A stretch of 32,000 nucleotides of DNA from Xylella taiwanensis (lineage in GTDB: Bacteria; Pseudomonadota; Gammaproteobacteria; Xanthomonadales; Xanthomonadaceae): assembly GCF_013177435.1 (NCBI RefSeq), contig NZ_CP053627.1, positions 2,310,001 through 2,342,000 on the forward strand, given 5' to 3'. Position numbers and translations under genes: made by a program. The notes under the pieces are model-generated. The model was not told where the DNA came from and made no database searches. It saw only the letters and a list, made by a program, of their open reading frames with translations. Positions 1 through 9,261 of the stretch are shown here, in pieces (position 1 is the first letter of the stretch; every line of letters begins with the position of its first letter).

Positions 1-401
1 TATCCGAAAGCTTCCCCAGTGGCTGACACCCAGCGCAGCACCTCCGTCATGACCCTGTGCCTGCCACTGTGGATATCCAGAGAAACGGCTTGATGATGAG
101 CACAATCAGCGTCGAGCACGAGGACCACCAGCAGCCCGAAGTGATGTTGGATTACCGCACCCTGAGCGCAGATAACTGCGTCATGCTTTTGTACACGCTG
201 CCATACAAGCGCTCAGGGAGTCCGGAGCCGTTCCTTTGTATGACGAGGAGCGATACATCATCCGACCATCCAAAGCGCGTCCAGCAATGTCATGTCCACG
301 TCGGGTCCGACCAAGACAGCGTCACAGCGCCCCAGCTGTGAGCAAAGGAGTCACCGGAGGAGAAGTGTGCACAGATGAGAGGTTAATCACACATCGCTGA
401 T

Positions 402-1376
402 TCAATCCGCAAAGTGCTGATAACCTTTTCTGGAAGGTTGCCAGGGTACACCCTCAGCATCGAGAACCTGAACAGTCTCACCAACCAAAATACGCCCAAT
501 GCGTGTCACTTCAACACCAAGCGTGGCAAACACGGCCTGTATTTGCACACGGCACTGCGGCGCAGCTGTAAAACAAAGTTCGTAGTCATCACCACCAGCC
601 AACTGCCAACAAGCAACCTGTGCCTCATCCCATCCACCATGCGCCGCAACACGCGGTAACGACCCACTTTCCAACACGGCTCCAACTCCACTGCACGCAC
701 AAATGTGTCCCAGATCGGCGAGAAGACCGTCGGAAAGATCCACCGCAGCATGCACCAGCCCCCGCAGACACAGGCCAGCCTCGACCCGCGGGGTCGGACG
801 CAACAACCGCTGGCGCAATGTCTCACGCTGCGGATCAGTCTCAGACTGAGTCATGTCGAGCATCCCTGCACGCCACAGCGCCAGCGCCGCAGCAGCCTCG
901 CCAGGACAGCCACTCACCCAGATATCGTCGCCAACACAAGCACCATCGCGACGGAACGCCATACCCGGTGGCACGCTGCCAATCGCGGTGACCGAAGTGG
1001 CGAGGGGGCCGTAGGTCGTGTCGCCACCCACCAGAACAATATCGTGCAGATCAGCCAGCTCGAAAAATCCGTCAGCAAAAGCATCGAGCCAAGCCATATC
1101 GGCCTGAAGCAACGACAATGACAACGTACACCAGCGTGGTGTTGCACCCATCGCTGCCAGATCCGACAAGTTAACCGCCAGAGTTTTCCAACCAAGATCC
1201 TCAGGATGGGTCTCAACCGGGAAATGCACACCGGCATTAAGCGTATCGGTAGTGACCACCAGTTGCTCACCTAGTGGCGGTTGTAGGAGTGCAGCATCGT
1301 CGCCAACGCCCAACAGCACGTCCCGGCGCCCACAGATACGCGCACGCAAACGGGCAATCAGATCGAACTCAAGCAT
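402..1376 (-). CDS. thiL: thiamine-monophosphate kinase
   Basis: 324-aa ORF with an AIR-synthase-like/ThiL pattern (LLGVGDDAALL, DLSDGLLADL). Lies directly downstream of nusB, as in many proteobacteria. ATG at 1374-1376. Confidence 0.9.
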   Translation of the reverse strand: MLEFDLIARLRARICGRRDVLLGVGDDAALLQPPLGEQLVVTTDTLNAGVHFPVETHPEDLGWKTLAVNLSDLAAMGATPRWCTLSLSLLQADMAWLDAFADGFFELADLHDIVLVGGDTTYGPLATSVTAIGSVPPGMAFRRDGACVGDDIWVSGCPGEAAAALALWRAGMLDMTQSETDPQRETLRQRLLRPTPRVEAGLCLRGLVHAAVDLSDGLLADLGHICACSGVGAVLESGSLPRVAAHGGWDEAQVACWQLAGGDDYELCFTAAPQCRVQIQAVFATLGVEVTRIGRILVGETVQVLDAEGVPWQPSRKGYQHFAD

Positions 1377-1459
1377 TGACGCGACGCAATACTAGTTAGT
1401 ACGGGGAAAATCCGCCTTTGCGGGTCGCTGCTACGCGCCCACGCACGGCACCGCAGGCC

Positions 1460-1930
1460 TCATCTAGCCACCTCAACTTTACGCAAGACAAGCGCGGCAC
1501 GATCAAGGACACCATTGACGTAAGTGTGACCATATTCAGAACCGAACCTTTTGGTAGTCATGATCGCCTCGTTGATCACCACTCGGTAAGGTACATCCTG
1601 GCGATACAGCAATTCGTAGGTCCCTAAACGCAACACCGCCCGCTCGATCGCATCAACCTCCTCTATCGTGCGGTCCAAATACGGTGCCAGCGTCTCGTCC
1701 AATTCGGCACAGTGCAGCAATACCCCCTCAACCAAATTCTCGAAATAGGCTAAATCAGCCACCTCATACGCCTGCTCATGTGCAAACTGGGCAATCACCT
1801 GCTTAGCAAAGCCACCAGAAATCTGCCAAGCGTACACCGCCTGCAGAGCACGACGACGCGCACGTGAACGCAGCACTGGATCGACGCCGTCCCGGCGTCT
1901 CGGGCGCACGGTGCCGGAAGACTTGCTCAT
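1460..1930 (-). CDS. nusB: transcription antitermination factor NusB
   Basis: 156-aa ORF with a basic N-terminus followed by a NusB-like helical core ([11 protein letters not shown]...YELLY). The ATG overlaps the ribH stop (ATGA), giving the classic ribH-nusB coupling. Confidence 0.95.
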   Translation of the reverse strand: MSKSSGTVRPRRRDGVDPVLRSRARRRALQAVYAWQISGGFAKQVIAQFAHEQAYEVADLAYFENLVEGVLLHCAELDETLAPYLDRTIEEVDAIERAVLRLGTYELLYRQDVPYRVVINEAIMTTKRFGSEYGHTYVNGVLDRAALVLRKVEVAR

Positions 1931-2391
1931 GGCAACTGCTCCAATAAACTCACCATCTCCAAAGCGGCCAAGGCGGCTTCCTCACCCTTGTTGCCATGAC
2001 TCCCACCGGCACGCGTCTCGGCATCTTCAATGCGCTCGACAGCAAGCACACCATTCAGCACTGGCACCCCGGTCTGCATCTGCACACGCATCATTCCCTC
2101 AGCACATAGATCAGCCACATGCTCGTAATGACGGGTATCACCGCGAATCACACACCCCAATGCAATGATGGCAACATGCTGCCCTGCCTGGGCAAGACGG
2201 TTGGCAACGATCGGGATCTCCCATGCACCCGGCACACGCACCACATCCACTGCGTCGTCCGGTACACCATGATCAGCAAGACTTTGACAAGCCCCGGCAA
2301 CCAGTGCATCGGTAATACGAGCGTTCCATCGGCTGGCGAGGATTACAAAGCGGACCGCCGGGGGGCGCAGATCGCCTTCGTAGTGGCTCAT
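1927..2391 (-). CDS. ribH: 6,7-dimethyl-8-ribityllumazine synthase
   Basis: Lumazine synthase-like sequence ([13 protein letters not shown]...VPGAWEIP...ALGCVIRG). I prefer the ATG at 2391, which is preceded by GGAG about 11 nt upstream, over the longer ORF start at 2421. Confidence 0.9.
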   Translation of the reverse strand: MSHYEGDLRPPAVRFVILASRWNARITDALVAGACQSLADHGVPDDAVDVVRVPGAWEIPIVANRLAQAGQHVAIIALGCVIRGDTRHYEHVADLCAEGMMRVQMQTGVPVLNGVLAVERIEDAETRAGGSHGNKGEEAALAALEMVSLLEQLP

Positions 2392-2421
2392 CTGAGGTTG
2401 GACTCCGGAATGAGGAAACAT

Positions 2422-3555
2422 TTAATCGACACGCTGGGGGCCGACCGGAGCCTGGCCGCGGCATTCCACGTACTCTAGCACTTCCAGACCAAACCCGGCC
2501 AAGGCAATCTGGCGGCGCGGCGTACCAAGCACGCGCAGTTTGCCTAGACCCAGGTCGGCCAGAATCTGTCCCCCAGCACCGTTACGCCGCCACTGTCCCA
2601 CGTCCTTCACGTTGGGGACCACTTCCGGCTCACGCCGGAGCCTTGCCAACAATGCATCACTATCCCGTGGAGCTGCCAACACCACCATCACCCCACACTC
2701 GGCCGCAGCGATCATGCGCAATGCATCCGTCGCAGCCACACCAAAGTCGTCACGGCGCCAGTGCAACATATCGGCGAGGGGATTCTCCACCTGTACCCGC
2801 ACAAGGGTTGGAATCGAAGCATCCAGGGTGCCGCGCACTAGCGCAAAGTGCAGGTCATGAGCGATACGATCACGATAGGTGACCAATAAGAACGAGCCAT
2901 ACTCGGTCTCAATCTCACGTTCGTCCACACGCTCGACGGTATGTTCGTTAACAAGACGGTAAGCAATCAGATCAGCGATCGAGCCGATCTTCAACCCATG
3001 TTGATGCGCAAATACCTCCAATTGTGGGCGACGTGCCATCGTCCCATCAGGATTCAGGATCTCCACAAGCACACCAGCCGGCTCCAGACCGGCAAGCATT
3101 GGCAGATCACTCGCTGCTTCAGTGTGACCAGCACGCGTGAGTACCCCCCCCGGCTGCGCGATCAAGGGAAAGATGTGACCGGGTTGATGCAGATCGCATG
3201 GTTTAGCGTTCGGACGTACCGCCGTACGGATGGTATGGGCGCGGTCGTAGGCGGAAATGCCGGTAGTCAACCCTTCAGCAGCCTCAATGCTGACCGTGAA
3301 ATTCGTCTGGAACCGCGTCGTGTTGCGCTGCACCATCGGCACCAATCCAATCTGGGCACAGCGCTCTCGTGTCAACGACAAACAGACCAAGCCGCGCGCG
3401 TGTGTCACCATGAAATTAATGTCCTTCGGTGCAACCAACTCGGCAGCCATGATGAGATCACCCTCGTTTTCACGATCTTCGTCATCGACGATCACCACCA
3501 TGCGACCGGCACGAACCTCCTCGATCAACACAGGAACCGCTGCAAAAGAGCTCAT
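2422..3555 (-). CDS. ribB: 3,4-dihydroxy-2-butanone-4-phosphate synthase fused to a degenerate GTP cyclohydrolase II-like domain
   Basis: The N-terminal half has the DHBP synthase signature (VVIVDDEDRENEGDLI). The C-terminal half aligns to RibA but lacks the HSECLTGD / RCDCG / EGRNIG motifs. The ATG at 3555 overlaps the ribE stop by 1 nt (TGATG). Confidence 0.9.
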   Translation of the reverse strand: MSSFAAVPVLIEEVRAGRMVVIVDDEDRENEGDLIMAAELVAPKDINFMVTHARGLVCLSLTRERCAQIGLVPMVQRNTTRFQTNFTVSIEAAEGLTTGISAYDRAHTIRTAVRPNAKPCDLHQPGHIFPLIAQPGGVLTRAGHTEAASDLPMLAGLEPAGVLVEILNPDGTMARRPQLEVFAHQHGLKIGSIADLIAYRLVNEHTVERVDEREIETEYGSFLLVTYRDRIAHDLHFALVRGTLDASIPTLVRVQVENPLADMLHWRRDDFGVAATDALRMIAAAECGVMVVLAAPRDSDALLARLRREPEVVPNVKDVGQWRRNGAGGQILADLGLGKLRVLGTPRRQIALAGFGLEVLEYVECRGQAPVGPQRVD

Positions 3556-4154
3556 CACTGCTTCTCCGCCACCAACAAACGCTCGACGTAGCGTGCAATC
3601 AAGTCGATCTCCAGGTTCACTGCATCGCCGATCACGGCACGGGCAAAACGGGTATGCGCCACTGTGTGAGGGATCAGCGCCACCTCAAACCCCTCTGCAT
3701 CAACGGCATTGACAGTCAAACTGACTCCATCGACGCAGATCGACCCCTTCTTCGCCACATATTTCAGCAACGGTACCGGGGCAGTGAAGCTCCAACGCTG
3801 CGCACGCGCATCCTCATGTACCGACAGTACCCAACCAATGCCATCAACATGACCACTGACGAGATGACCACCGAACCGATCAGTCGGGCGCATTGCCCGC
3901 TCCAAATTAAGCACTGCTCCCTCAGGTAACTGACCCAACGTGGTCAAGGCTAGCGTCTCAGTGGACGCATCAGCTTGAAAGCACCGTGCATCGAATGCGG
4001 CAACCGTCAAACAAACGCCGTTCACCGCGATACTTTCTCCGTACTGCACATCGGAGAACGGCAGGGTGCCGACCTCGAAGGTAAAACGCACATCCCCCCC
4101 CTGCGAGACCCGCGCAGCCAGACAACCGACCCCCCCGATAATGCCAGTGAACAT
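3555..4154 (-). CDS. ribE: riboflavin synthase (alpha chain)
   Basis: The canonical N-terminus MFTGIIGGVG begins at the ATG at 4154, with GGAG 8 nt upstream, giving 199 aa. The 56 codons further upstream in the ORF track overlap the riboswitch platform and are not homologous. Confidence 0.9.
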   Translation of the reverse strand: MFTGIIGGVGCLAARVSQGGDVRFTFEVGTLPFSDVQYGESIAVNGVCLTVAAFDARCFQADASTETLALTTLGQLPEGAVLNLERAMRPTDRFGGHLVSGHVDGIGWVLSVHEDARAQRWSFTAPVPLLKYVAKKGSICVDGVSLTVNAVDAEGFEVALIPHTVAHTRFARAVIGDAVNLEIDLIARYVERLLVAEKQ

Positions 4155-4328
4155 CAGCACCACTCCGGACGTGTGGTACGCACTAACACAACAATGGACT
4201 GCCAGGATGGATGGCAGAGAGAGTCGATGACTTCCACAAAAGTTTGCATTTACGTTTCCTGCGTTGTAATGAAAGAAAAACGCCACTAAGCACAACGGAG
4301 CGCGCGCAACAGAAACACGCATGTGTGA

Positions 4329-4478
4329 CGTTTTATTTCATCCGAACTGTCACTGTCGGATCCGGTATTACATCGGATCTACCGACCTGTACGGACAAGC
4401 CGACACAGCGCATCACAGGCTCATGCGCCACAATGCTCTTAGCATCGACTTGAAATTTCACCCTGTCCTGAAGACATT
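4329..4478 (-). promoter_or_regulatory. FMN (RFN) riboswitch-like leader of ribE-ribB-ribH-nusB
   Basis: The minus-strand RNA reads GUCUUCAGGACAGGGUGAAAUUU...GGUCGGUAGAUCCGAUGUAAUACCGGAUCCGACAGUGACAGUUCGGAUGAAAUAAAACG. The blocks AGGGUGAAAUU and GAUCCG-N-CCGGAnCCGACAGU-N-AGUUCGGAUGAAA match the conserved RFN core as I recall it. Internal perfect hairpins are present (AUGCU-AAG-AGCAU and GCGCAU-N9-AUGCGC). The 5' half deviates from consensus. Confidence 0.6.
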
Positions 4479-4507
4479 CACAATCACCAGCCTAGCCGGC
4501 AGCGGCC

Positions 4508-4516
4508 ATTCTAACA
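4508..4516 (-). promoter_or_regulatory. candidate extended -10 promoter element (TGTTAGAAT) upstream of the riboswitch
   Basis: On the minus strand, TGnTAGAAT lies about 30 nt upstream of the riboswitch 5' end. No good -35 hexamer is present. Sequence inspection only. Confidence 0.3.
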
Positions 4517-4840
4517 GGCATCCAGCAGCGCCCCCAGCACTGATGCCAATATGGAAATAGCACATTGCGTGCCAGCCGATACAACACTCAAGAAAAATAC
4601 GAATTAAACAGGTTCATCGACACATTCCTTATTCCAACTCAAGTCTTCTAAATCTGATAGACGGTCAATGCGTTGCAAGTCATCGACACTCTTCCCCCAA
4701 TACATAGTCGACATCCATATACTTTCTTCATCGCCTCCATGTAATAACCACAGCAACACCACTGGCCCTACGATGCAAACAGGCGTAGGCCGACATGCCC
4801 CGCGGACACCTGAGATGCCACTCGGCATATGTACGAAAGT

Positions 4841-5935
4841 TCAACCCAGCGGACGCAGTAACAATCGCAGATCGTTACCGACCTGGAGTACCTCCAGCAC
4901 CTTCAAACCGATGCACTGGTCCATGCGTCCGATGTCCAGTCCGGTCAGTAACGGCCGGGCCACATCACCAAGCAGCAATGGTGCAATGTAAATCAGTAAT
5001 TCATCCACCAAACCAGCGTGCAGCAACGCCCCGCACAGTGTCGCCCCAGCCTCGACCTGCACCTCATTGACGCCACGCTCACCCAGCAGACACAGCACAG
5101 CCGCCAGGTCGAGCCCACCATCACGTTGCGGGACCTCGGCAAAGGCGACGTGCTGCAGCGCCGGTGGTGTGGTCGCAAGCCCATGCAGATACAAGGTTGG
5201 CGCTGTACCGTCACGCACCTTCTCGCGACTGAGTGAACGTAACCTGGAGTCAAGCACCACACGCAACGGCGGCAAAAATGCTTCCTCCTCCTCGTCCAGG
5301 CGTACGGTCAATGCCGGATCATCGGCAAGCACCGTGCCGGCACCGGTCAAAATCGCACTGGCACGCGCGCGCCAACGCTGTACATCAGCACGTGCAGCCT
5401 CTCCGGTGATCCACTTCGATTCGCCACTTGCCAACGCAGTACGTCCATCCAAACTAGCACCGAGCTTGATCCTTACCCATGGCCGGCCACGCTCAACACG
5501 CGACAAGAATCCGCGGTTGAGTGCACGCGCCTGAGCCTCCATCAAGCCGTGCTCGACGATCACCCCAGCCGCTCGCAAGCGTGTGAAACCTCCACCATTG
5601 ACTAACGGAAACGGATCGACCATCGCCGCCACCACACGGCTCACTCCAGCATCGATCAACGCCATAGCACACGGCAGAGTGCGCCCATAGTGCGCACAAG
5701 GCTCCAGCGTCACGTAAGCCGTTGCACCCCGTGCGCAGTCCCCAGCCGCACGCAATGCGAACACCTCAGCATGCGGACCACCAGCACGCTGGTGCCAGCC
5801 CTCCCCAACCACTTCATCATCACGCACAATCACACAACCCACCATTGGGTTCGGACGCGTCGTGTACGCACCACGCTCAGCCAAGCACAAGGCCCGTTCC
5901 ATGTAGCGGTGATCATCGACGGAAAACGCACTCAT
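4841..5935 (-). CDS. ribD: bifunctional diaminohydroxyphosphoribosylaminopyrimidine deaminase / 5-amino-6-(5-phosphoribosylamino)uracil reductase
   Basis: 364 aa with the CDA-type zinc motifs HAE and PCxxxxxxLPC (TLEPCAHYGRTLPC), followed by a reductase domain. Confidence 0.95.
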   Translation of the reverse strand: MSAFSVDDHRYMERALCLAERGAYTTRPNPMVGCVIVRDDEVVGEGWHQRAGGPHAEVFALRAAGDCARGATAYVTLEPCAHYGRTLPCAMALIDAGVSRVVAAMVDPFPLVNGGGFTRLRAAGVIVEHGLMEAQARALNRGFLSRVERGRPWVRIKLGASLDGRTALASGESKWITGEAARADVQRWRARASAILTGAGTVLADDPALTVRLDEEEEAFLPPLRVVLDSRLRSLSREKVRDGTAPTLYLHGLATTPPALQHVAFAEVPQRDGGLDLAAVLCLLGERGVNEVQVEAGATLCGALLHAGLVDELLIYIAPLLLGDVARPLLTGLDIGRMDQCIGLKVLEVLQVGNDLRLLLRPLG

Positions 5936-6334
5936 CGGTCAGGCTCCCTATCCAAGCGCATCACCATACTCGGCAACTACCGTAGCCGCCGCTGCGTCAA
6001 GGACACCACCATCCAAGCACAGTACCCAGCCAACGACAGTAAAAAAATGCCGGCGCAGATGACGGCATGCGCAACCAGCCCAGGTCTTCTGCTCTGCACA
6101 CACTTCCAAACATGTGATGACCAGCGCGAACCAGGATGAAAATTGCAGAAACTCAACGCTGCACTCCCCCAACACACTAACCCGGCCGAAGCATCGCACA
6201 GCCCTCCACCCCACAGTCAGCAGCATATCCCCATCAAAGCAGGTAAGCCGCTCGACTTCGGCCAAATCCGAGCATAGGCAATCACATTCGCATCAACAAA
6301 CAATCGCAACACGTGGGCAACATGACGCTGTACA

Positions 6335-6880
6335 TCACGCGCCGTGCTTACCTCCCTTGTCAATGGGAGGATGTGGAATCGATTCCATGGCAGCTTCTAA
6401 CAACGGCAATTGCTCCCTGCTCACCGGCAATTCGCGCTCCAGCCTTTCGATCTCCTCGCGAAAATCGGCAACGTCCTGAAAGCTGCGATAGACCGAAGCA
6501 AAACGCACGTAACCCACATGATCGAGCTTACGCAATTCGGCCATGACGTACTCACCGACCAAGATCGACGGCACCTCACGCTCACCCATCATACGCAACT
6601 GGTGGATCACCGCGCGCATCGCCATCTCAATGTGCTCCTCAGCCACCGGACGTTTCTGCAGCGCGCGATCAAAACTGGTGCGCAGCTTGCGTCCATCAAA
6701 TGCTTCGCGTCCACCATCATTCTTGACGATGACTGGCAACTTCAGCTCGATCGTCTCCAGCGTACTGAAACGCTCACCACAGGCTTCGCACTCGCGGCGC
6801 CGTCGGATGGTCGCGCCGTCTTCAGAGACACGTGAGTCAATCACTCGAGTATCGGTATGCTGACAAAAAGGACAGTACAT
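6335..6880 (-). CDS. nrdR: transcriptional repressor NrdR
   Basis: [17 protein letters not shown]...CEACGERF zinc ribbon plus an ATP-cone. 181 aa. Conserved position between glyA and ribD. Confidence 0.95.
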   Translation of the reverse strand: MYCPFCQHTDTRVIDSRVSEDGATIRRRRECEACGERFSTLETIELKLPVIVKNDGGREAFDGRKLRTSFDRALQKRPVAEEHIEMAMRAVIHQLRMMGEREVPSILVGEYVMAELRKLDHVGYVRFASVYRSFQDVADFREEIERLERELPVSREQLPLLEAAMESIPHPPIDKGGKHGA

Positions 6881-6897
6881 GCACCCGAGTCTACTCG

Positions 6898-7404
6898 TCA
6901 GCCAGCATTATTGGGATTCACACCGTCAGCAGCGTGACATTGATCTGATCGCCAACACCCTACGAAACGCAGCCAGAATAAATGCAGCGCCAGCGGTAAC
7001 ACCGCAAGACCAACGCAGAAGGAAACGAACCAGGTAAACCCGACACCGCTGTGAAGTTGATGACCGTTAAAGAGCATTTGGATCTCCATCAAGACGGGCC
7101 ACAAAAAAAAGACAGCCCCAGGTATACCGATCATCAAACAGAGCCACCATGTCCAACTCCGTTGTACCAAACGAGATCGCCCTCCGGTCAGGAACGCATA
7201 CGACAACACCAGCCAGCCAATCAAGCACAACAAACGCGCTCCAAACCACACCAAAAACAGCCCAAGCAAGATCATCGAACCAGTCATTGCATCAAGCAGC
7301 CAATATAAGGATATAGGCCCACCAATCAAAAGGATGGGCACACCCAATAACAAAGCATGCGTCAGATAAAGCAAACGGCTTCTATCAAGCGATCTAACGT
7401 TCAT
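6898..7404 (-). CDS. hypothetical polytopic membrane protein
   Basis: 168 aa counted from the ATG at 7404; the longer ORF would overlap the glyA 3' end. Four or five hydrophobic segments. I do not recognise a family. Confidence 0.5.
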   Translation of the reverse strand: MNVRSLDRSRLLYLTHALLLGVPILLIGGPISLYWLLDAMTGSMILLGLFLVWFGARLLCLIGWLVLSYAFLTGGRSRLVQRSWTWWLCLMIGIPGAVFFLWPVLMEIQMLFNGHQLHSGVGFTWFVSFCVGLAVLPLALHLFWLRFVGCWRSDQCHAADGVNPNNAG

Positions 7405-7487
7405 CACCAAAAATCCCTTTAAACAACACACAGCAGGATATGCGAGAAGCCCCGGCACAACCCAAGCACCACCCCAGATCCATCCAC

Positions 7488-8741
7488 TCAGCGATACACC
7501 GGGTACTTCCTGCACTGCGCTGCGACCTTCTCACGAACCGCGGCGATGACCGCCGCATCCGCAGGTGCATCAAGCACATCGGCAATCCAGTGAGCCAAAT
7601 CCACGCAATCCTGCTCCTGGTAACCACGCGTCGTGACGGCGGGAGTACCCAAGCGTAAACCAGAGGTCACGAACGGAGAGCGTGGATCGTCCGGCACCGC
7701 GTTCTTGTTGACGGTGATATGAGCCTGACCCAAGGCGCCCTCCGCGTCCTTCCCGGAGATATCCCTGCCGATCAGGTCAACTAACATCAAATGATTTTCT
7801 GTACCGCCGGAAACGATCTTATAGCCTCGTAACATGAGGGTCTTGGCCATCGCCTTGGCATTCTTCACCACCTGCTCCTGATACACCTTGAACGCAGGCT
7901 CCAGCGCTTCCTTAAAGGCGACTGCTTTAGCCGCGATCACATGCATCAATGGCCCACCCTGCATCCCGGGAAACACGATCGACTGCAACTTCTTGACCAA
8001 CGCCTCCTCCGGTGCCTGCGCCACAATGAGGCCACCACGTGGGCCACGCAGTGTCTTATGGGTCGTCGAAGTCACCACGTGGGCATGGGGCAGCGGATTC
8101 GGATACACACCGGCCGCCACCAAGCCAGCCACATGCGCCATGTCCACAAACAGGTAAGCGCCCACTTGATCGGCAATCGCACGGAAACGCGCCCAATCGA
8201 TCTGCTGCGAATACGCCGAGAAGCCCGCCACAACCATCTTCGGCCGATGCTCTAACGCAAGCGATTCAACAGCGTCGTAATCGATCAAGCCCTGACCATT
8301 CACTCCGTACTGAACCGCGTTGAACAGCTTGCCAGAAGCATTAACCTTGGCACCGTGAGTCAAGTGGCCGCCATGCGCCAAACTCATCCCGAGGATGGTA
8401 TCGCCTGGTTGCAACAGTGCGAAGTACACCGCTTGATTGGCCTGTGAACCGCTATGGGGCTGCACATTGGCATAGTCGGCACCGAACAATTGTTTGACGC
8501 GCTCAATCGCCAATTCCTCAGCAATATCAACATACTCACACCCACCGTAGTAACGCTTCCCCGGGTAGCCTTCGGCGTACTTGTTGGTCAGTTGACTCCC
8601 CTGCACCTGCATCACCAACGTGCTGCAATAATTTTCGCTGGCAATCAGCTCAACGTGGTCCTCCTGACGCATCACTTCAGCAGCGATGGCCTGAGCCAAG
8701 TCGGGATCGTACATTTCAAGACGGACATCGCGCGGGAACAT
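7488..8741 (-). CDS. glyA: serine hydroxymethyltransferase
   Basis: 417 aa counted from [15 protein letters not shown] (ATG at 8739-8741). PLP-lysine motif [12 protein letters not shown] is present. The upstream 74 codons of the ORF track are non-homologous. Confidence 0.95.
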   Translation of the reverse strand: MFPRDVRLEMYDPDLAQAIAAEVMRQEDHVELIASENYCSTLVMQVQGSQLTNKYAEGYPGKRYYGGCEYVDIAEELAIERVKQLFGADYANVQPHSGSQANQAVYFALLQPGDTILGMSLAHGGHLTHGAKVNASGKLFNAVQYGVNGQGLIDYDAVESLALEHRPKMVVAGFSAYSQQIDWARFRAIADQVGAYLFVDMAHVAGLVAAGVYPNPLPHAHVVTSTTHKTLRGPRGGLIVAQAPEEALVKKLQSIVFPGMQGGPLMHVIAAKAVAFKEALEPAFKVYQEQVVKNAKAMAKTLMLRGYKIVSGGTENHLMLVDLIGRDISGKDAEGALGQAHITVNKNAVPDDPRSPFVTSGLRLGTPAVTTRGYQEQDCVDLAHWIADVLDAPADAAVIAAVREKVAAQCRKYPVYR

Positions 8742-9183
8742 GGCAACTCCAGGAAGGACGCGGGGGATGCAATAGGCATCTAAACAATCAGATTGTAAAG
8801 CCCACCACACTGGACTGAACAATTCGCCGACTGAGGCGTTCCACTCGGCCCCTTTTTCTCCTGCACACACCGTGCATCGGAACACACTCTGCCATTGTTG
8901 TTGCACCAACGCACACCACGACCACCTTTGCGATAGCCACGACAATGAAGCCGTTGCAACCACTCTAACGGAACATCATCCCGACAATGCCACAGAGGGT
9001 TAAAACAGATCCCAAACAATGAAATATCCAAGTGAAGACTACGAATACCCCGGAATACCTTAGCAATTCCATCTGACTGAAACAGGTCTGCCCCAACACC
9101 TAATCAAACAGACTTGGCACAACACTTAACATGCCCACGTTGCGCGATTAACTGCACCTACACATAAGCCCCGATCCATCGGC

Positions 9184-9211
9184 TTGACATATAATTGGCG
9201 GATCTTATTTT
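9184..9211 (+). promoter_or_regulatory. candidate sigma70 promoter of ettA
   Basis: TTGACA (9184-9189), a 16-nt spacer, then TATTTT (9206-9211), ending 50 nt upstream of the ettA ATG. Pattern match only. Confidence 0.4.
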
Positions 9212-9261
9212 ACCGGCTTCCGGCCCTGACCGGCTGACAACACTGCGTCTACGGAGACTGC

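Noticed and set aside
57-341. 94-aa plus-strand ORF at the left edge
   Set aside because: It has no SD sequence and no family I recognise. It is H/S/D/T-rich, as expected from the C-rich plus strand, and lies antisense to the region where a minus-strand pgpA-like relic is suspected.
4604-4828. 74-aa minus-strand ORF between ribD and the riboswitch
   Set aside because: There is no SD sequence upstream of the ATG at 4828 and I recognise no family. The acidic C-terminal part (SVDDLQRIDRLSDLEDLSWNKE) looks protein-like, so it may be a fragment of a lost gene, but an intact gene is not supportable.
8742-8963. N-terminal extensions of ORFs in the track
   Set aside because: This applies to glyA (8742-8963), ribE (4155-4322), pgeF (15264-15404), rluD (16249-16698), mqo (11603-11698) and the membrane protein (7405-7515). 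In each case the conserved N-terminus of the family begins at an internal ATG with an SD-like sequence. The extension also overlaps a neighbouring gene or a regulatory element.
8742-9000. ZTP (pfl) riboswitch-like sequence in the glyA leader
   Set aside because: The minus-strand sequence CAUUGUCGUGGCUAUCGCAAAGGUGG matches about 17 of the first 22 positions of the pfl 5' consensus (GUCGUGACUGGCGAACAGGUGG), and it is closed by a CAUUGU/ACAAUG stem. However, the P2 partner (ACCACC) and the 3' pseudoknot strand (CCGCCUGGGCA) are absent. I do not call it. A cmsearch with RF01750 would settle the question.
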